From assembly GCF_000953395.1 (NCBI RefSeq), contig NZ_LN649236.1, positions 240,001 through 272,000 on the forward strand: a stretch of 32,000 nucleotides of DNA. Reading direction: 5' to 3'. Shown here in pieces: positions 10,019-19,911 of this stretch (position 1 is the stretch's first letter; each line of letters opens with the position of its first letter). Position numbers and translations under genes: made by a program. The notes under the pieces are model-generated. The model saw only the letters and a program-made list of their open reading frames with translations. It did no database searches and was not told the origin of the DNA. This stretch comes from Candidatus Portiera aleyrodidarum (lineage in GTDB: Bacteria; Pseudomonadota; Gammaproteobacteria; Johnevansiales; Johnevansiaceae).

Positions 10019-11936
10019 TAAAATCAGCTAAATGTATAAAAATATTATGTATATATAATAATATTAAAACATTATTTTTAGATACATTTATATTTGTTTT
10101 AAAAATTTGTATATTAGTTATATAAATGTTTATTTTATTATATAAAGTATAAATTATATAATAAATCTCTTTATAATTACAATTACCTTTTTCTATTACT
10201 TTAGTATAATTATGTATAAAAAAAACTATTGAATTAAATACATTATATTCTATACTTTGTTTGAAAAATCTAATATTAAATTTATTTATTATAACTAAAT
10301 TATTGTTATATAATTTTTTATATTTTTTTATAAAATTAATTATTCTTTTATTTATTTCTATTATTTTATATATCAATATATTTTTATTTAATAAATAATT
10401 CATTATATAAATACGTCTAAATAAATCATACGGACAAAAACTTGTATTTTGTATAGAACAATATATATTTTTCTTTATATTTAATTTATTTATTAAAATT
10501 AATAGTTTGTCTAATATAAATAATAATATGTCCTTTATAAATTTATTGTTTTTTAAAATATTTTTATACTGATCAATAGAATAATTTATTAATAATAATA
10601 AATCTACATTAGATTCATTAAAAATAATAATTTTTAATATTATATAAGCTAATCTTCTTGTAAAAAACATATCCTTACTATGAATGGGTTTATACCCTAT
10701 ATAAAAAAAACCTATTAAATCATCTAGTTTATTTGATAACGATAATGCTATTCCTTCTTTTGTATAAGGTAAAATCGTATTATATTTATTTGGCAAATAT
10801 TGTTGATAGATTGTTTTATATATTTCTTTTTTTTCTTTATTTAGAAAAGAATAATATGATCCAATAAATCCTTTAAATAAATTAAATTCTTTAACAAAAT
10901 AGGTAATAAAATCACATTTTGATAGATATCCAGCCCTTATAGCAATTTGGATATTTCCACCTATATAGATAATGTATTTTTTTATATTGTTTATAATTCT
11001 ACGAGTTTTATCAGCTAAAGTACCTAATTTATATTGAAATATTACTAATTCTAATGCTTTAAAACGCTCATATAATTTTTTATTTAAATCATATAATAAA
11101 AAAAATAAAATATCATTAAAAACATTATTTATATTCCTTTCATTTAATAATATTAATTTTTGTTTATTTAAAGTATTTAAATTAACAATCATAATATATT
11201 TATTTGTTATAATATTGTTTTTATTAAATAAATTAAAACTTGTTTGTTTATATTTAATAATAAATATTAATATTTCTTTAGGTATTTTATTAAATATTTT
11301 ATTAAAATTTATAACAATGGCTATTGGCCATTCTACTAAATTAGTAATATTTATTAATATATTTTCATCTATATTTACTAAACAATTTGTTTTATTAGCA
11401 ATATATACAATCATATTACGAATAATTTCCCTTCTATTATTAAAATTAACAAGTACATATCCAGGAAATTTTAATTTAAATAAATATTCATTAGAATTCT
11501 TTAATGGTATATAGTTATTATAATGTAGGATATGACCATAAGATTTTCGATTGGACAATAAATTAAATAATTTTATTTTGATTATTTTATTATTAAATAA
11601 TACTATAAACCAATTTATAGGACGTATAAATTTATAATTATTTTTTCCCCATCTCATTTGTTTAAATCCTGAAATATTGGTTAACAATAGTTTAATAGCA
11701 ATTTTAATTAGATTTTGTATATACTTTTTTTTATATTTTTGATTAAAAAAGTTATTATTTATATTGTTTATTTGTATAGCTATACGTCTAGCTGTTGTAA
11801 AAATCTTAATTGTTTTAAAATACAACTTTTCTTTATTAAACAATATTTTTAAAAATTTTATAAAATTCTTTATAATAATTTCATTAGATTTTATAGGTAA
11901 ATTTTCAAAACCAATTTCAATAAATAATTTATTCAT
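9978..11936 (-). CDS. glyS: Glycyl-tRNA synthetase beta subunit
   Basis: From Met at 11936: MNKLFIEIGFENLP ~ E. coli GlyS ..FLVEIGTEELP. This ATG forms an ATGA overlap with the glyQ stop. About 652 aa (E. coli 689). The remainder is highly diverged, so the call rests on the N-terminal motif, size and glyQ-glyS synteny. The last 41 nt are antisense to the tRNA gene. Confidence 0.85.
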   Translation of the reverse strand: MNKLFIEIGFENLPIKSNEIIIKNFIKFLKILFNKEKLYFKTIKIFTTARRIAIQINNINNNFFNQKYKKKYIQNLIKIAIKLLLTNISGFKQMRWGKNNYKFIRPINWFIVLFNNKIIKIKLFNLLSNRKSYGHILHYNNYIPLKNSNEYLFKLKFPGYVLVNFNNRREIIRNMIVYIANKTNCLVNIDENILINITNLVEWPIAIVINFNKIFNKIPKEILIFIIKYKQTSFNLFNKNNIITNKYIMIVNLNTLNKQKLILLNERNINNVFNDILFFLLYDLNKKLYERFKALELVIFQYKLGTLADKTRRIINNIKKYIIYIGGNIQIAIRAGYLSKCDFITYFVKEFNLFKGFIGSYYSFLNKEKKEIYKTIYQQYLPNKYNTILPYTKEGIALSLSNKLDDLIGFFYIGYKPIHSKDMFFTRRLAYIILKIIIFNESNVDLLLLINYSIDQYKNILKNNKFIKDILLFILDKLLILINKLNIKKNIYCSIQNTSFCPYDLFRRIYIMNYLLNKNILIYKIIEINKRIINFIKKYKKLYNNNLVIINKFNIRFFKQSIEYNVFNSIVFFIHNYTKVIEKGNCNYKEIYYIIYTLYNKINIYITNIQIFKTNINVSKNNVLILLYIHNIFIHLADFIGLVGLEPTTKGL

Positions 11937-12793
11937 AATTGTTTGATATATTTGTTTGCAATTGCACAAGCCATCGATCTTACACGATATATATATATTT
12001 TTTTTTCTAAAAAATCTATAAATTTACACGAATCTAATAAATTTAAAATATGTGATGATTTTAATAATTTCTCATAAGCAGGTATTATTAAATTATGTTG
12101 TAATAATTTAAAACAAGATTTTTCATATGTTAAAAAAATTTTTAATAAAAAATTTTTATCTAAATAATTAAAATTATAATGTGATTGTTCTTTTTCATTA
12201 TGTAAAAAAATATCACCATAAGTAATATCGTTATTCCATTTAATATCATATATATTATCAATATTTTGTAAATGCATAGCTATTCTTTCAATTCCATAAG
12301 TAATTTCTCCTGTTACAGGAGAACAATCTATACCTCCTATTTGTTGAAAATAAGTAATCTGTGTAATTTCTATATTATTTAACCATACCTCCCAACCTAA
12401 ACCCCAAGCACCTAAACTCGGGGATTCCCAATTATCTTCGATAAATTTAATATCATTTATTTGAAAATTTATACCTAAAGATTTTAATGACTTTAAATAA
12501 ATTTGTTGAAAATGTTTTGGTGAAGGTTTAAAAATTACTTGAAACTGATAATAATGTTGTAATCTATTGGTTTTATTTCCATATCTACCATCTTTAGGCC
12601 TTCGGCAAGATTGTATATAACATGTTTGAAATTTTTCGGTTTTTGGATTTATAGAATTAAAAAAAGTAAACGGATGAAAGGTAGCCGCACCTATTTCTAT
12701 ATCTAAAGGTTGTATAATTATACAACCCATTTTTGACCAAAAGTTTTTTAAACTTACTATTAAGTTTTCAATAGTATTAATATTTGTTTTCAT
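11933..12793 (-). CDS. glyQ: Glycyl-tRNA synthetase alpha subunit
   Basis: 286 aa, strongly conserved. GCIIIQPLDIEIGAATFHP (E. coli GCTIVQPLDMEVGAGTSHP), CRRPKDGRYG, YYQFQVI, GAWGLGWEVWLN, EITYGIERIAM. Confidence 0.96.
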   Translation of the reverse strand: MKTNINTIENLIVSLKNFWSKMGCIIIQPLDIEIGAATFHPFTFFNSINPKTEKFQTCYIQSCRRPKDGRYGNKTNRLQHYYQFQVIFKPSPKHFQQIYLKSLKSLGINFQINDIKFIEDNWESPSLGAWGLGWEVWLNNIEITQITYFQQIGGIDCSPVTGEITYGIERIAMHLQNIDNIYDIKWNNDITYGDIFLHNEKEQSHYNFNYLDKNFLLKIFLTYEKSCFKLLQHNLIIPAYEKLLKSSHILNLLDSCKFIDFLEKKIYIYRVRSMACAIANKYIKQL

Positions 12794-12951
12794 TATAAGT
12801 TAACATGATAATCAATTATAAACTTTTCTCTATTATTTTTTTATAGTAAATGAAATTTATTTTAATCGGTCAACTATATATAGTAGAAGTTTACCAAATA
12901 TATTATAATATTAAACGTAAATAATATAGTTGTAAATCTTTAAAATATAAT
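12794..12951. promoter_or_regulatory. Divergent intergenic spacer (glyQS leftward, ilvA-fpr-nuo rightward); presumed promoter region
   Basis: At 158 bp this is the largest non-coding stretch in the window, lying between divergently oriented genes. TATAAT occurs at 12904-12909, but such hexamers are expected by chance at this AT content. No specific promoter can be called from sequence alone. Confidence 0.3.
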
Positions 12952-14508
12952 ATGAAAAACATAAATAGTAATTCTATATTAGAAACTTATGTAAAAAAAA
13001 TACTTAAATCAAAAGTATATGAAATTGCTAAAGTAACACCTTTATCATTTACACCTTTACTTTCTAAAATTTTTAAAAATAATATTTTGATAAAACGTGA
13101 AGATTTACAACAAATATTTTCTTTTAAAATTAGAGGTGCATATAATTGCATGATAAAGTTATCAAAAAACAAAAAAAGTCAAGGTGTAATTACAGCTTCA
13201 GCTGGTAACCACGCACAAGGCGTGGCTTTATCTGCTAAAAAATTAGGTATAAAATCACTTATTATTATGCCTAAAATTACACCTGAAATTAAAGTTTTAT
13301 CTGTACAATCTATAGGTTCTGAAGTGTTAATCAAAGGTGAGAATTTTAATTCATCTTTAAAACATGCATTAAAATTAGTTAAGAATTATGGTTATACTTA
13401 TATACCTCCTTTTGATGATTCAGAAGTAATTGCAGGTCAAGGGACTTTAGCTATGGAAATGGTAAAACAATATACAAATAAAATATATGCAATATTTATT
13501 CCTGTAGGAGGTGGAGGTTTAATTGCAGGTATTACAGCATATATTAAATATTTACGTCCTAAAATAAAAATAATCGGTGTAGAACCAGAAGATTCTGCTT
13601 GTTTAAAAGAAGCAATAAAATATGGTTATCCAATTACATTAAATACTATAGATATGTTTGCTGAAGGAGTAGCAGTATCACGTATTGGAAACCAACCTTT
13701 TAAATTAATAAAAAATAGTATAGATGATATTATAACTGTTAATATAGATGAAATGTGTTGTGCTATAAAAGATATATTTGAAAATACAAGAGCTTTAGCA
13801 GAAGTATCAGGAGCTTTATCTTTAGCTGGTTTAAAAAAATATATAATAAAACAAAAAATTACAAATAAAAATTTAATTTGTATAAATACTGGAGCTAATA
13901 TTAATTTTGACAAATTACAATATATAGCACATAGAACAGCTTTAGGAGAAAACAAAGAATTAATATTAGCTATTAAAATACCAGAATCAATAGGAAGTTT
14001 AAAAGTTTTATGTAATATAATTGGAAAACATAAAATGTTTACTGAATTAAATTATCGTTATTTTAATAAAAAAAAAGCAAATATATTAATAGGTTTAAAA
14101 ATAATTCCAGGAAAAGAAGATAAAAAAAATGTAATTAATAATATACGTAAAGCTAAGTTTTTAGTTAAAGATATGAGTTATAATGAATTAATAAAATTAC
14201 ATATTCGTCATTTAATTGGAGGCAAAGGTAATAAGTTTACAAATAAAAATAATTATAAAGAAGAATTATTTGGTTTTGAATTTCCAGAAAAACCAGGAGC
14301 CTTAATCAAATTTTTAAATAGTTTACCTGAAATTTTTAATATTTCTTTATTTCATTATAGAAATTATGGTTATGCATATGGTCGTGTATTAATAGCAATA
14401 CAATTATATAAAAATAACATCCAAAATTTAGAAAATAATTTAGATAAAATAGGTTATAGATATTGGAAAGAAAGTAAGAATAGTGCTTATAAACTTTTTT
14501 TAAAATAA
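12952..14508 (+). CDS. ilvA: Biosynthetic threonine dehydratase (threonine deaminase)
   Basis: 518 aa. PLP-lysine block FSFKIRGAYN, SAGNHAQGVA, glycine loop PVGGGGLIAG. A C-terminal region of about 190 aa has the size of the two ACT-like regulatory subdomains, as in the E. coli biosynthetic IlvA (514 aa). Confidence 0.95.
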   Translation: MKNINSNSILETYVKKILKSKVYEIAKVTPLSFTPLLSKIFKNNILIKREDLQQIFSFKIRGAYNCMIKLSKNKKSQGVITASAGNHAQGVALSAKKLGIKSLIIMPKITPEIKVLSVQSIGSEVLIKGENFNSSLKHALKLVKNYGYTYIPPFDDSEVIAGQGTLAMEMVKQYTNKIYAIFIPVGGGGLIAGITAYIKYLRPKIKIIGVEPEDSACLKEAIKYGYPITLNTIDMFAEGVAVSRIGNQPFKLIKNSIDDIITVNIDEMCCAIKDIFENTRALAEVSGALSLAGLKKYIIKQKITNKNLICINTGANINFDKLQYIAHRTALGENKELILAIKIPESIGSLKVLCNIIGKHKMFTELNYRYFNKKKANILIGLKIIPGKEDKKNVINNIRKAKFLVKDMSYNELIKLHIRHLIGGKGNKFTNKNNYKEELFGFEFPEKPGALIKFLNSLPEIFNISLFHYRNYGYAYGRVLIAIQLYKNNIQNLENNLDKIGYRYWKESKNSAYKLFLK

Positions 14509-14548
14509 ATATTAAACGTAGAAAAACAAGAGCTGCTAGGGATAAATA

Positions 14549-15352
14549 TTGAAAACTTTTTGTATTGAAAAAATTTTAAAGGTTGTTCATTGGAATAATA
14601 AATTATTTAGTTTTTATACAACAAAAAATAAAAACTTACGGTTTAATAATGGTCAATTTTTACTTATTGGTTTAAATATTAATAAATACTATTATTTAAT
14701 AATAAGAGCTTATTCAATAGTAAATCCTACTTATTCAAAGTTTTTTGAATTTTTTTCCATAACAATAGAAAAAGGAACATTTACATCACTATTAAAAAAG
14801 ATACAAAGTGGGGATTATATATTAATAAGTAAAAAATCTAATGGAACATTAATACTTGATAATATTCAAAATGGTAAGTTTTTATATTTTATAGCTACAG
14901 GAACAGGTTTAGCACCATTTATAAGTTTAATACAAGATCCAAGTTTATATAAACGTTTTAACAAAATTATTTTAATACATGGAGTAAGTTATATAAATGA
15001 ATTATCATATAAACATTTTATTAATAAAAAAAATATTTATAATGAATATATTAATAATAAAATAAAAAAACATTTAATTTATTATCCAACAATTACTCGT
15101 GAAAATTATATAAATAAAGGTAGAATAACTGAACTTATTATTCAAGGAAAATTATTTAAAGATTTAAATTTACCTTATATTAATTTTCATTATGATAAGT
15201 TAATGTTATGCGGTAATAAAAATATGTTAAAAGAAATATCAGAATATTTAAAAAAATTAGGATTTAAAAATTCAATCATTAATAATCCAAAGGATTTTGT
15301 TATGGAATATTCTTTTATAATACAACAAAATTTGAAATATAAAAATGAATAA
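14549..15352 (+). CDS. fpr: Ferredoxin/flavodoxin-NADP+ reductase
   Basis: 267 aa. KVVHWNNKLFSF ~ E. coli KVQNWTDALFSL. FAD-binding RAYSIVN ~ RAYSYVN. NADP loop ATGTGLAPFISL ~ ATGTAIGPYLSI. MLCGNKNM ~ MLCGNPQM. TTG start at 14549: an in-frame TAA lies at 14543-14545 and the first in-frame ATG is about 219 codons downstream. AGGGA (14538-14542) sits 6 nt upstream. Confidence 0.87.
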   Translation: MKTFCIEKILKVVHWNNKLFSFYTTKNKNLRFNNGQFLLIGLNINKYYYLIIRAYSIVNPTYSKFFEFFSITIEKGTFTSLLKKIQSGDYILISKKSNGTLILDNIQNGKFLYFIATGTGLAPFISLIQDPSLYKRFNKIILIHGVSYINELSYKHFINKKNIYNEYINNKIKKHLIYYPTITRENYINKGRITELIIQGKLFKDLNLPYINFHYDKLMLCGNKNMLKEISEYLKKLGFKNSIINNPKDFVMEYSFIIQQNLKYKNE

Positions 15353-15686
15353 GTTATTTCTTTTTATTATAATTACAATAATCTTTATATTAATAATAAG
15401 TATTATATCATATTTAGTAGGTGGTTATAGTTGGTCACCAAATAAAGAAATTCCGTTTGAATCAGGAATCATTTCTATTGATTCAATCAAAAAAATTAAT
15501 TATTTTGCAAAATTTTATATTTTAGCAATCTTATTTGTAATTTTTGATTTAGAAGCTATTTATTTATTTAGTTGGGCAATTGCAATTAGAGAAATAGGAT
15601 GGACAGGGTTCATAGGAATAGTAATATTTATATTTATATTATTAATAGGATTAATATATGATATATGTAATGATTTATTTGATTAA
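15345..15686 (+). CDS. nuoA: NADH-quinone oxidoreductase subunit A
   Basis: 113 aa, three TM segments. PFESGI and FDLEAIYLF (E. coli PFESGI, FDVEALYLF). ATG overlaps the fpr stop by 8 nt. Both termini are shorter than in E. coli (147 aa). Confidence 0.88.
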   Translation: MNKLFLFIIITIIFILIISIISYLVGGYSWSPNKEIPFESGIISIDSIKKINYFAKFYILAILFVIFDLEAIYLFSWAIAIREIGWTGFIGIVIFIFILLIGLIYDICNDLFD

Positions 15687-15688
15687 AA

Positions 15689-16342
15689 ATGGTGAACAAT
15701 ATGAAATACATATTAAATAAATTATATTTGAAAAAACAAAATAAAGACAACGTTGGTGAACAAATACGAAATAATATTTTTTTATGTAAAATAAAAAAGA
15801 TTTCTCAGTTATTAATTAATTGGGGACGTAAAAATTCTATATGGCCTTATAATTTTGGATTATCATGTTGTTATGTAGAAATGACCACTTCTTTTACATC
15901 ACCTCATGATATATCTAGATTTGGATCAGAAGTTATTAGGTCGTCACCTAGACAATCGGATTTAATGGTAATTGCTGGTACTTGTTTTATCAAAATGGTA
16001 CCAGTTATACAACATTTATATGATCAAATGTTAGATCCAAAATGGGTTATATCAATGGGATCTTGTGCCAATTCAGGTGGAATGTATGATAGTTATTCAG
16101 TTGTACAAGGAGTTGATAAATTTTTACCTGTTGATGTTTATATACCAGGATGTCCACCTAGACCTGAAGCTTTTTTACAAGGATTACAATTATTACAAGA
16201 GTCATTGCATAAAGAAAGACGTCCTTTATCTTGGATAATAGGTGATCAAAAGATTTATCGTTATGATATGCCTAATCAAAAACAAAAAAAATATATTAAT
16301 CGTATTAAAATAAAAAAATTACGTAAACAAAATAATGTTTAA
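15689..16342 (+). CDS. nuoB: NADH-quinone oxidoreductase subunit B
   Basis: 217 aa. [21 protein letters not shown] is identical to the E. coli block. [10 protein letters not shown] and PGCPPRPEA supply the N2 cluster cysteines. The true start could be Met5. Confidence 0.96.
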   Translation: MVNNMKYILNKLYLKKQNKDNVGEQIRNNIFLCKIKKISQLLINWGRKNSIWPYNFGLSCCYVEMTTSFTSPHDISRFGSEVIRSSPRQSDLMVIAGTCFIKMVPVIQHLYDQMLDPKWVISMGSCANSGGMYDSYSVVQGVDKFLPVDVYIPGCPPRPEAFLQGLQLLQESLHKERRPLSWIIGDQKIYRYDMPNQKQKKYINRIKIKKLRKQNNV

Positions 16343-18098
16343 AAAAAAATTAAAAAAACAAGAACAAGTTCTTTTAAAATTATTATATAAAAACTTTGGT
16401 AAAAAAAATATTTTATATTCACAAAAGACTTTGATGGGTATGCCTGTAATATGGGTAAATCATTATCAATTATTTGATATAATAAAAATGTTTCGTTATG
16501 GAAATACAGAATTTATATTTGATATGTTATACGATTTAAATTGCATAGATGAACGATTAAGAAATAACAGAAACAAGTTACCCAATTCAGATTTTACAGT
16601 ATTTTACCATTTATTATCATTGAAAAATAATTATGATTTAATAATAAAAGTAGCTTTAATAGAACCAAATTTATTATTACCATCAATTGTTAATATTTGG
16701 CCAAATGCTAATTGGTATGAACGTGAAGTATATGATATGTTTGGAATAAAATTTTATGGACATCCTAATTTAAGAAGAATATTAATGCCTTTAAATTGGA
16801 AAGGATATCCATTACGTAAAGATTATCCATCACGTGCTACTGAATTTCAATTTTTTAATATTGATAGATATAATCAATATAAAGAACAATATTCATTATG
16901 TTTTATTCCTGAAGAATGGGGTATTTCAAATCATAAAAATAATATGTTTTTAAATTTTGGTCCTAATCATCCTTCTGCACACGGTGCTTTTAGAATAATA
17001 TTACAAATGTATGGAGAAAAAATATTAAAATGTATACCTGATATTGGTTATCATCATCGTGGGGCAGAAAAAATTGGAGAAAGACAATCATGGCATAGTT
17101 ATATACCTTATACTGATCGTATTGATTATACTGGGGGTGTAATAAATAATCTCCCATATATATTAGCAATTGAAAAAATCGCAAAAATAAAAGTTACTGA
17201 CAGAACCCAAATCATACGTATTATGATGATGGAAATTTTTAGAATAAATTCACATATGTTATTTTTAGGTACTTTTTTACAAGATTTAGGTGCTATGAGT
17301 ACAGTTTTTTTTACTTTTACAGATAGGCAAAAATGTTATGAAATAATAGAAGAAATTACAGGTTTTCGTATGCATCCTGCTTGGTTTCGTATAGGAGGTT
17401 TAGCTCATGATTTACCAAAAGGATGGTATAAACTAATAAAGAATTTTATTACATGGATAAATAAAAGGCTTAAAGAATATAATAAAGCAATGATGAAGAA
17501 TTACATATTACGAAAACGTACTAAATTTATTGCTTCTTATAATACTAAAGAAGCATTGGAATGGGGTATTACTGGACCAAATTTAAGAGCTACTGGTTTT
17601 AATTTTGATGTAAGAAAAAATCGACCTTATTCGGGTTATGAAAATTTAGATTTTGATATACCAATTGGTAATAATGGAGATGTGTTTGATAGAGCAAATA
17701 TGAGAGTAGAAGAAATGTATCAAAGTTTACGTATTATAAAACAATGTATAAATAATATCCCAGAAGGTAATATAAAAATTGAACATCATTTAGTTACACC
17801 TCCTAATAGAAAAAATATGTTAAATAATATCGAAACATTAATTACACATTTTTTACAAATTTCTTGGGGACAAATCTTAGAACCCAATGAAACTTTTCAA
17901 ATGATAGAAGCCACTAAAGGACTTAATAGTTATTATTTAATATCTGATGGTAATACAACAAGTTATCGTACTCGTATACGTACTCCTAGTTATCCTAACT
18001 TACAACATCTATCTACAATAATGCAAGGAGCATATATACCAGATATGATAGCACATATTGCAAGTATTGATTTTGTAATGGCAGATGTTGATCGTTAA
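16335..18098 (+). CDS. nuoCD: NADH-quinone oxidoreductase fused subunit C/D
   Basis: 587 aa. The NuoC part has [13 protein letters not shown]. The NuoD part has [12 protein letters not shown], and the C-terminus is [20 protein letters not shown] and D lie in one frame, as in Enterobacterales and Buchnera. Confidence 0.96.
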   Translation: MFKKKLKKQEQVLLKLLYKNFGKKNILYSQKTLMGMPVIWVNHYQLFDIIKMFRYGNTEFIFDMLYDLNCIDERLRNNRNKLPNSDFTVFYHLLSLKNNYDLIIKVALIEPNLLLPSIVNIWPNANWYEREVYDMFGIKFYGHPNLRRILMPLNWKGYPLRKDYPSRATEFQFFNIDRYNQYKEQYSLCFIPEEWGISNHKNNMFLNFGPNHPSAHGAFRIILQMYGEKILKCIPDIGYHHRGAEKIGERQSWHSYIPYTDRIDYTGGVINNLPYILAIEKIAKIKVTDRTQIIRIMMMEIFRINSHMLFLGTFLQDLGAMSTVFFTFTDRQKCYEIIEEITGFRMHPAWFRIGGLAHDLPKGWYKLIKNFITWINKRLKEYNKAMMKNYILRKRTKFIASYNTKEALEWGITGPNLRATGFNFDVRKNRPYSGYENLDFDIPIGNNGDVFDRANMRVEEMYQSLRIIKQCINNIPEGNIKIEHHLVTPPNRKNMLNNIETLITHFLQISWGQILEPNETFQMIEATKGLNSYYLISDGNTTSYRTRIRTPSYPNLQHLSTIMQGAYIPDMIAHIASIDFVMADVDR

Positions 18099-18115
18099 TA
18101 TAATGGAATAAAATT

Positions 18116-18610
18116 ATGGAAAATTATTTAATAAATAAAATAACATTTTTAACTAAAGAAGAAATTACAGAAATTATTATTGAAAAAAATCATTATGAAA
18201 ATAGTAAAGCAGCTTCAATTGGGGCTTTAAAAATCATACAAAAATCTAGAGGATGGGTATCCGATAATATTATTAATGAAATTGCAAAGATAATAGGAAT
18301 AAATCCAACTGAATTAGATAGCATAGCTACATTTTATAATTTAATTTACAGACAACCTGTAGGAAACAATATAATTTTATTATGTGATAGTATTACGTGT
18401 TATATAAAGGGTTATGAAATTATTTATAATACATTAAAACATGAATTAGGAATAAGTATGGGAGAAACTACTAATGATAAACGTTTTACATTATTACCAG
18501 TATGTTGCTTAGGTAATTGTGATAAATCACCAAATATGATGATAAATAATGATATTTATTATAATTTAATAAAAACAAATATAAGTAATATATTGGAGCT
18601 TTATAAATAA
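18116..18610 (+). CDS. nuoE: NADH-quinone oxidoreductase subunit E
   Basis: 164 aa. 2Fe-2S ligand pattern CDSITC ... [10 protein letters not shown] (C-x4-C ... C-x3-C). Confidence 0.92.
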   Translation: MENYLINKITFLTKEEITEIIIEKNHYENSKAASIGALKIIQKSRGWVSDNIINEIAKIIGINPTELDSIATFYNLIYRQPVGNNIILLCDSITCYIKGYEIIYNTLKHELGISMGETTNDKRFTLLPVCCLGNCDKSPNMMINNDIYYNLIKTNISNILELYK

Positions 18611-19911
18611 TGATCAATAAACGCATTACTTCTTTTGGTACAGCTAATTTAATAAAAAAATCCAAAGAAACTCATCCATTAACTTGGAGATTAAATAAAG
18701 AAGGTAATACAATTGGGTTAAATGAATATATACAAAAAGATGGATATATTGCAGTTAAAAATACTTTAAATAAATTAACTCCCGAAGAGGTAATAACAGA
18801 AATAACAAAGTCTGGGTTAAAAGGTCGAGGAGGTGCTGGTTTTCGAACTGGAATAAAATGGAGTTTAACAAATGAAAAAAGTTTTTTAGTATGTAATGCT
18901 GATGAAATGGAACCTAATACTTATAAAGATAGATTATTATTAGAACAAGAACCTCATTTATTAATAGAAGGTATGATAATTGCAGCTTACGCAAATAATT
19001 CTTATAAAGGTTATATTTTTATAAGAGGAGAATATATTGATGCAATAAATATTCTTAATATGGCTATAAAAGAAGCTCGTAATAAAAAATTTTTAGGAAA
19101 AAATATTTTAAATTATGATTTTTCTTTTGATATATGTATACATACAGGAGCAGGAAGATATATTTGTGGTGAAGAAACTGCATTAATTAATTCATTAGAA
19201 GGATATAGAGCAAATCCTAGAATAAAACCACCTTTCCCTGGTCAAATAGGTGCGTGGGGTAAAGCTACAGTAATAAATAATGTTGAAACATTATGTAATA
19301 TTCCTTCTATTATAAATAATGGTATGAATTGGTATCATAATTTATGTTTACCTGGATCCGAAGATCATGGTACTAAACTTATGGGTTGTTCAGGTAAAGT
19401 AACCAATCCTGGATTGTGGGAATTACCAATGGGTATAACGGCTAGGGAAATATTAGAAGATTATGCTGGAGGGATGATTAAGGGTTATAAATTAAAAGCT
19501 TGGCAACCTGGTGGTGCTAGTACAGGAATTTTATTACCTCAACATTTAAAAGTACAAATGTGTTCAAACGGAATAAGGAAATTAGGTACTAGAATTGGTA
19601 CTGCGATTTTATTAGCTATTGATAATACTGTTAATATAGTATCTTTATTAAAAAATATAGAACTTTTTTTTTATAGAGAATCATGTGGTTGGTGCACTCC
19701 GTGCAGAGAAGGATTACCATGGATTGTTAAAATCTTAAAAAATTTAGAAAATAATCAATGTTATAAAGATATTGATATATTAATAGATTTAACAAGACAA
19801 TTAACTAATGGAAAAACTTTTTGTGCTCATGCACCAGGAGCCATAGAACCTTTAATTAGTGCAATAAAATATTTTCGTAATGATTTTGATAAGTTAATGG
19901 TTAAATTATGA
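18610..19911 (+). CDS. nuoF: NADH-quinone oxidoreductase subunit F
   Basis: 433 aa. FMN/NADH site [29 protein letters not shown], and 4Fe-4S N3 ligands [12 protein letters not shown]. Confidence 0.97.
   Translation: MINKRITSFGTANLIKKSKETHPLTWRLNKEGNTIGLNEYIQKDGYIAVKNTLNKLTPEEVITEITKSGLKGRGGAGFRTGIKWSLTNEKSFLVCNADEMEPNTYKDRLLLEQEPHLLIEGMIIAAYANNSYKGYIFIRGEYIDAINILNMAIKEARNKKFLGKNILNYDFSFDICIHTGAGRYICGEETALINSLEGYRANPRIKPPFPGQIGAWGKATVINNVETLCNIPSIINNGMNWYHNLCLPGSEDHGTKLMGCSGKVTNPGLWELPMGITAREILEDYAGGMIKGYKLKAWQPGGASTGILLPQHLKVQMCSNGIRKLGTRIGTAILLAIDNTVNIVSLLKNIELFFYRESCGWCTPCREGLPWIVKILKNLENNQCYKDIDILIDLTRQLTNGKTFCAHAPGAIEPLISAIKYFRNDFDKLMVKL

Noticed and set aside
11215-11946. Two plus-strand ORFs (99 and 60 aa) inside glyS.
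   Set aside because: They are antisense to glyS, with the same compositional explanation. glyS is diverged, but its N-terminal motif, length and glyQ coupling support the minus-strand frame.
11937-11969. Longer glyS start (MCNCKQIYQTI-) given by the ORF track at 11969.
   Set aside because: The extension lies inside the glyQ 3' end and has no counterpart in GlyS. The Met at 11936 begins the conserved MNKLFIEIGFENLP block and makes the typical ATGA overlap with the glyQ stop. The longer form cannot be excluded without N-terminal data.
12904-12909. TATAAT hexamer as the ilvA -10 promoter element.
   Set aside because: There is no TTGACA-like -35 at 17 +/- 1 bp. TATAAT-like hexamers occur throughout coding sequence at this AT content, so there is no discriminating power.
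12850-12924. An ilv-type attenuator (leader peptide plus terminator) upstream of ilvA.
   Set aside because: The mini-ORF is not clearly enriched in Ile/Val/Leu relative to this proteome, has no runs of regulatory codons, and is not followed by any stable hairpin or T-tract terminator. It is kept only as a low-interest note in the findings.
12987-13955. Two minus-strand ORFs (61 and 109 aa) inside ilvA.
   Set aside because: They are antisense to strongly conserved IlvA PLP-domain sequence. Judged spurious.
14509-14548. Relatively GC-containing patch (gagctgctaggga) between ilvA and fpr as a terminator or small RNA.
   Set aside because: It has no inverted repeat able to form a stem of more than about 4 bp and no trailing T-tract. 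It is better explained as the ribosome-binding region for the TTG-initiated fpr.
16990-17184. 64-aa minus-strand ORF inside nuoCD. Also the alternative-frame plus-strand ORFs at 21037-21219 (in nuoG) and 26762-26950 (in nuoM).
   Set aside because: All are embedded in conserved nuo coding frames, are short, and have low-complexity products with no start signals.
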